64,000 bases of DNA from Hormiphora californensis (taxonomy: Eukaryota > Animalia > Ctenophora), in the NCBI GenBank assembly GCA_020137815.1, contig CM035360.1, forward strand, positions 3,100,001 through 3,164,000. Reading direction: 5' to 3'. Positions within the stretch are counted from its first letter, which is position 1. Each line of letters starts with the position of its first letter. The position numbers were made by a program, and so were the translations under genes. Shown in pieces: positions 45,848-64,000 of this stretch. The notes beneath the pieces were generated by a model. It saw nothing but the letters and a program-made list of their open reading frames with translations, did no database searches and was not told where the DNA came from.

Positions 45848-47188
45848 AAGCTAGCTTAGAGCTAACATCAGAGTAAAAATGATAAATCTCCTGCAGCAGA
45901 TGGATAGCCGACAGGGTATAGATTTAACCTCCATCCTTACCAGATCTGGATTACGGATCTCAGACTCTTAGACTAGGAAATTACGGAATTGGACAGAGAG
46001 GGCTAACGGAATGATTTAGTTTTTTACCATCATAGTCACTCGACAAAGAAATTACAGCCAAATTTAACATTGTATTATGTCGAGTTTCCTACGTGATTAC
46101 TGCAGGGGATCACGACTGTGTCGCCAGGCTGTCTAATAGGAAGTGTGCAGTAGTTTAGGAAGATCTGGCTGTTTTTAGGGATCCTAGCACATTGTGCACG
46201 TTTAATCAAGCGGAAATGAAGGAAAGGGTTAAATTGTAGACCAGCTTTATCCCCTCAATTATCTTTCTCTCTCTCTCTCTCTCCATGATAGATGGAGTCT
46301 ATCTCTATCTCTCTCTTATCCACTCTAGCTCTCTCAATCTAGATAGAGTGCTATTATAGAGTATTTTACCGGCTCATACCATTGCGTTCTGCTAACTCGC
46401 GTAATACCATTAAGGTTTTAATCTAAAATTACGATTAAAAATAACATAATCTCGTTAGGAACATTTTCATTTCCCCCTTCTGCCAGTGGACTTCCTGGAT
46501 AGACCCCCACGTGACCCTCAGAAAACAGTCACGTGACTCTCTGTCATAAGACAGGGAGTCACGTGACTGTGTAGACAAAGTTTAATATCACCATAATGAT
46601 GGTTATAGTTAGGGGAGAAAATGAACTGTCGGCGTTTCGTCTATAATCAAAATCCCCGACTAATGTAATTTAGTTAAGCTACGAATACGCGTATCTAAAC
46701 TAAAATAGAAAACCAAGAGAGGGAGAAGGATATAACGGCTTGATTATGTTGGTAGTATAGTTACCCCTAATACATAATGTCAATTTCACGACTGAATCGT
46801 CCTAAACCGTTCAGTGCAAAGACCAAAGGAAAAACCAATGGTTTAAACCATACAGCTATGAAATGGGGGGATGAAACATTTGATTACGAAATAACCCCTC
46901 TAAATACCTTCGTGCGCGCTGGCAAGGGAGGGGTTATTTCGTAACCAACCCTGTCATGTAGTCTTGATCGCAAGGGGGTCGGGGGGTTGACGAAGCCAAG
47001 CATGATATGTACGAATCTAACTCCTGAAATGATCCACTCCAAATCAAAATGATTGAGGTGTTGCCTATACCAGGTCTGCACGTGGGTTGGTTCAAGTATG
47101 TCACGTGACATATTTCAAACCGTGATTCGCACAGGTTTTGCTTGATACTGTGAGAAATTCTTGACTCTTACTCTCTCCCTCTCTCTGA

Positions 47189-47274
<86 letters not shown>

Positions 47275-47403
47275 ACCGATTGGTTTGCAAGAGCTGCGTT
47301 GGTCAAAAGGTGTGTTTTATATATTCGGTGAAGGAGTAGAGAGGGTAGGTGCGCTTTCCAATCAGTATAAACAGCCATTATCAACACAACATGTGTTCTG
47401 TTT

Positions 47404-47493
<90 letters not shown>

Positions 47494-48246
47494 GAGAGAG
47501 GGTGAGAGAGAGAGAGAGAGAGAATGGAAGAGGGAAAGGAAATGAAAAATACTAAAAAGAAAGCAATCACGAAGCTGTTTTTCAAACCAACAACACAGAT
47601 CTATCAGTGGTCCTCCGACATATTCCGACGTGAAATTCGACCTAGATATCGACCTGGAATGAGCCGCGCATCAGAGAGATGTGCCGCAGTAAGAAAATGA
47701 TGTCGCGCTTCAACTCTTTTCTCTCGCTAGTCTTTGTGTCTCTCTCACTACGAATGCGCGCCTCATTCCAGGTCGAGATTCTCGTCGAATGGCAATTATG
47801 TTGGATGACCACTGTATGTGGAGTTTTCTCTATTTTGAAAATATATAGCTACTACCATATTGAACATTAACTATCTATCCATCTTCCTACCATCTATCTT
47901 CCTATCACCGTTTACTTCAGGCAAATATAGTTAGAAAAACTAAGAGGGGGAACCAATCATCATCATCAGATTTTAGACGATCGTCCACTCTGACTCATGG
48001 GAGCCAATCTAAGCGCACACGGGGTAAGGCGCCGGAAGACAGGACTTAAATTTGAAAGATTCAAAATCGTACTGGCTATTTAATTTATTTCGCAAGGACT
48101 AGATGGCGTAGAGGATATTTTGCGAACCCCCTTGAAGGAGGGGAGTTCAAAAGAGATCCTCTACGATCGTTAGATGGTGCAGGGGAGAGAAGTTGAGAAA
48201 AACTACTACTTTTCGATGACCCACGTACAAAGTTTAAATAGCTTCT

Positions 48247-48318
<72 letters not shown>

Positions 48319-49998
48319 TTCTCGCTTGACAAGTGGTCTCACGTGCACAACAACCACCTCCTGTCAAGTCTAAGGTTCTGATTCTCTTTTTGATAAACGA
48401 CACGAGGACCAGCTATAGTAGTTAAGCTGTAGTGGCTAGACGGACACATGATACTCTGTATTATATCAAGAACGCGGGTGGCAGGTCAATATTTGCCGGC
48501 GGCATGGTTCCGGAGAAAAAAAACTGAAAACAACCACCTTGATGAAAAACCAACCTCTGTAATTATTAGATACAATAAAAATATTTGTTTAAAAAAATAA
48601 CCAACTTGAAGTTGATATTTGCAAAGTGTCACTGTCAGGCACGCGAGACGGACGGTCACGTGAGAGAGATTGAGGAAGTAGATTGATTGTGCAGGGCAGA
48701 ATGATATTCTTATTGCTAATTTCCAGCTCGCTTGCCCGTTTTCTATTCCCCCACAATATTGCAACTTCTACCTACTCAAGGCTCAAGTTTATTAAGGTGA
48801 GTTGAAAAGTTTAACCATGGGCACGTGTGTGAGAGAAAGGAAGGGAACGAAGGAGAGATGAGAAATTGAGAGATAAAAAGAGAGAGAAATATACTCATTA
48901 CTGATACTCTCAATTCTTCTCGCGAGATCTAACAAAAAACCAAAAAGGAATCAACGCTGCCTCGAGCTACTCTTCGTTTTCTTTGCATGGGACCACGCAC
49001 CAAAGTAACTAGAATCGAGTACTGTGGGTTCAAATAAAGATACCTCAGCAAACTTTCTCTTGAGAAGTTAAGGTGGGTCAAACTGGGGGGGGGGGGGGGT
49101 CAATCAACAATTACCTCATGTTCCAAGGAACAAGTTATCCACGGCACACCCTGGTTCGGGCGCCTGTTCCATGTTGATTTATTTTTAGGATGTATGGATT
49201 TGGAAACTGGTAGTCTCTCCCATTCCCTCTTCGTTGTGTATGTCATATTTGGAGTCATGGGCCTATATTGGAGATTATAGAAGAGTTAAGTTTATTTTGA
49301 ATTAATAACAAGAATAACTGCATTATGTTTCATAATGCTATGTTTCCCCGCCAACCTTTATTTTCATAACCATCTAATGTGAAGGCGGGACAGACATTTC
49401 CGATCATTTATGAATCACTCAAACCGTATAGAACAAATCTTTGTGTTTTAGTAGCACTAAATTGCGTGCCACATTGCGCGGCTCACATTTCCTGAAAACG
49501 TGCCATTGAAGTATTTGATGAAGGAGCAACACTGTTGTCCCTCGCAACTGAGCGGGTTACGTTACATAAAAAGCGTGACACTTCACTAGTATGTAAAATA
49601 AAATTGTCGAATTCTAAACCCCTATGCCTTTTTACAAAAGGCATCCGGGTGAATGCCTTCGGCATTCACCGGGCGGGGAAAAAATAAATAAATAAATTTG
49701 GGTTCTGGAGGAGGTTCAGAAAACACAAATGAGATGTAATAAAAAGGAAACTCTCTAAACATTGCAAAACCAGCTCGCTGAATAATTATGTAATTAACTA
49801 TGTGTAATTAATTTACCACTACATGAATCATAAACTTGAACACACATTATTATTACACTGCTATAATATATTCACAGTGTACAATATTGAAACCGAACCC
49901 TATATAACATAAGAAAAACAAAAAACCAGAAACACACTCTGTGGACTTTAAGTTTAAATTAAAAACAAATCAACCTGTTCACTTATATTATATATATA

Positions 49999-50754
49999 AC
50001 GGGTGATAACTAAAAGATGTCACAAATTTAAAACAGCTGTAGAATTTTTCCCTTATGAGATACAGCTTCGGGCCAGTTATAGAACGATTTTTCAGACAAT
50101 TTTTAATCGGAATAGTATACCGGCAAAATCTAAAAAGTTCATTTTTATTGCGATATATGATCATTTCATCTTATCCCACCAAAGCATGTAGTACGGAGAT
50201 TTGAAACTTCTATGCGATCAGAAATGACTTTTCCGATGAGATAAAATTCTAATAATTGGAGGTTTGGTTGTTCATGCTATAGTCAAGATAACTGCCAAGT
50301 TTGAACATTTTAGCTCATTAAGAAATTGGTTTTCACGGTCATTAATGTTTCAAGAGATCGTCGAAATGGCGATTTCTTAAATTACCTGTAAACTACGCTT
50401 TGTTACAGAAGATTCTGATCAGGAAATTGAGATTTATGAAGTTTGAAACAAATTTAATTTCGTTCAAAATTGTCTGATAAATCATTCTATCACTGTCCCG
50501 AAGCTGAATCTTGAACAGAACAGGTGCTAGAGGTGCTAGAAAAGTGTGTAAATTTCACGTACTAAATGCTTTGGTGGGACAAAAGGAAATGATGTGATAT
50601 CGCAATGAAAGCGAACTTTTTAGTCTTTGCCGGTATATTAATCCGATTCAAAATTGTCCAAAAAATCGTTTTATAACTGGCCCGAAGCTGTATCTCAAAA
50701 GGGAAAAATTCTACAGCTGTTTTAAATTTGTGACATCTTTTAGTTATCACCCGT
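49999..50754. mobile_element. Mariner-like MITE with ~190-bp diverged TIRs in a (TA)n site
   Basis: ta|acgggtgataactaaaagatgtcacaaatttaaaacagctg ... cagctgttttaaatttgtgacatcttttagttatcacccgt|ta. The mirrored ORFs 50003(+) and 50562(-) are the two arms. Confidence 0.9.
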
Positions 50755-50803
50755 TATATATATTATATATTCGATTAACCGTAATTCTTTTGTATAAAAC
50801 GTA

Positions 50804-63968
<13,165 letters not shown>

Positions 63969-64000
63969 GCACAGGGGGGTAATAAATTAGTTAATTATTG

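Overview
Intron-rich eukaryotic (animal) genomic DNA with GT-AG introns, most likely a ctenophore. That assignment is recalled from repeat-derived peptides such as EPTETSKQPIRTRYLGHVT and QSDPDLPG, which I associate with Pleurobrachia gene models; it was not verified. Genes were spliced by hand. They are: the 3' part of an ASAP-type ArfGAP-SH3 gene (+); a Delta-like type I membrane protein with a C2/MNNL-like domain and about 13 tandem DSL-like domains (-); a rhodopsin-class GPCR (+); a second, frameshifted copy of the ligand's five 5' exons (-); TMEM249/CatSper-theta with an intronic tRNA-Ala (+); a BTB-BACK-Kelch gene (-); an intronless GPCR (+); a Myb/SANT-like DNA-binding gene (-); and the 3' part of a Piezo channel (-). 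Introns and intergenic DNA are packed with foldback/MITE elements, a truncated LINE, microsatellites and minisatellites. The most unusual signals are: (1) many intronic tandem arrays whose unit is a copy of the adjacent splice junction, including a ~2.2 kb array of donor copies, most followed by their own antisense (U1-like) sequence; (2) the poly-DSL ligand with a phase-compatible duplicated N-terminal module; (3) twin perfect 56-bp palindromes in a Piezo intron. All coordinates were derived by eye and may be off by a few bases.
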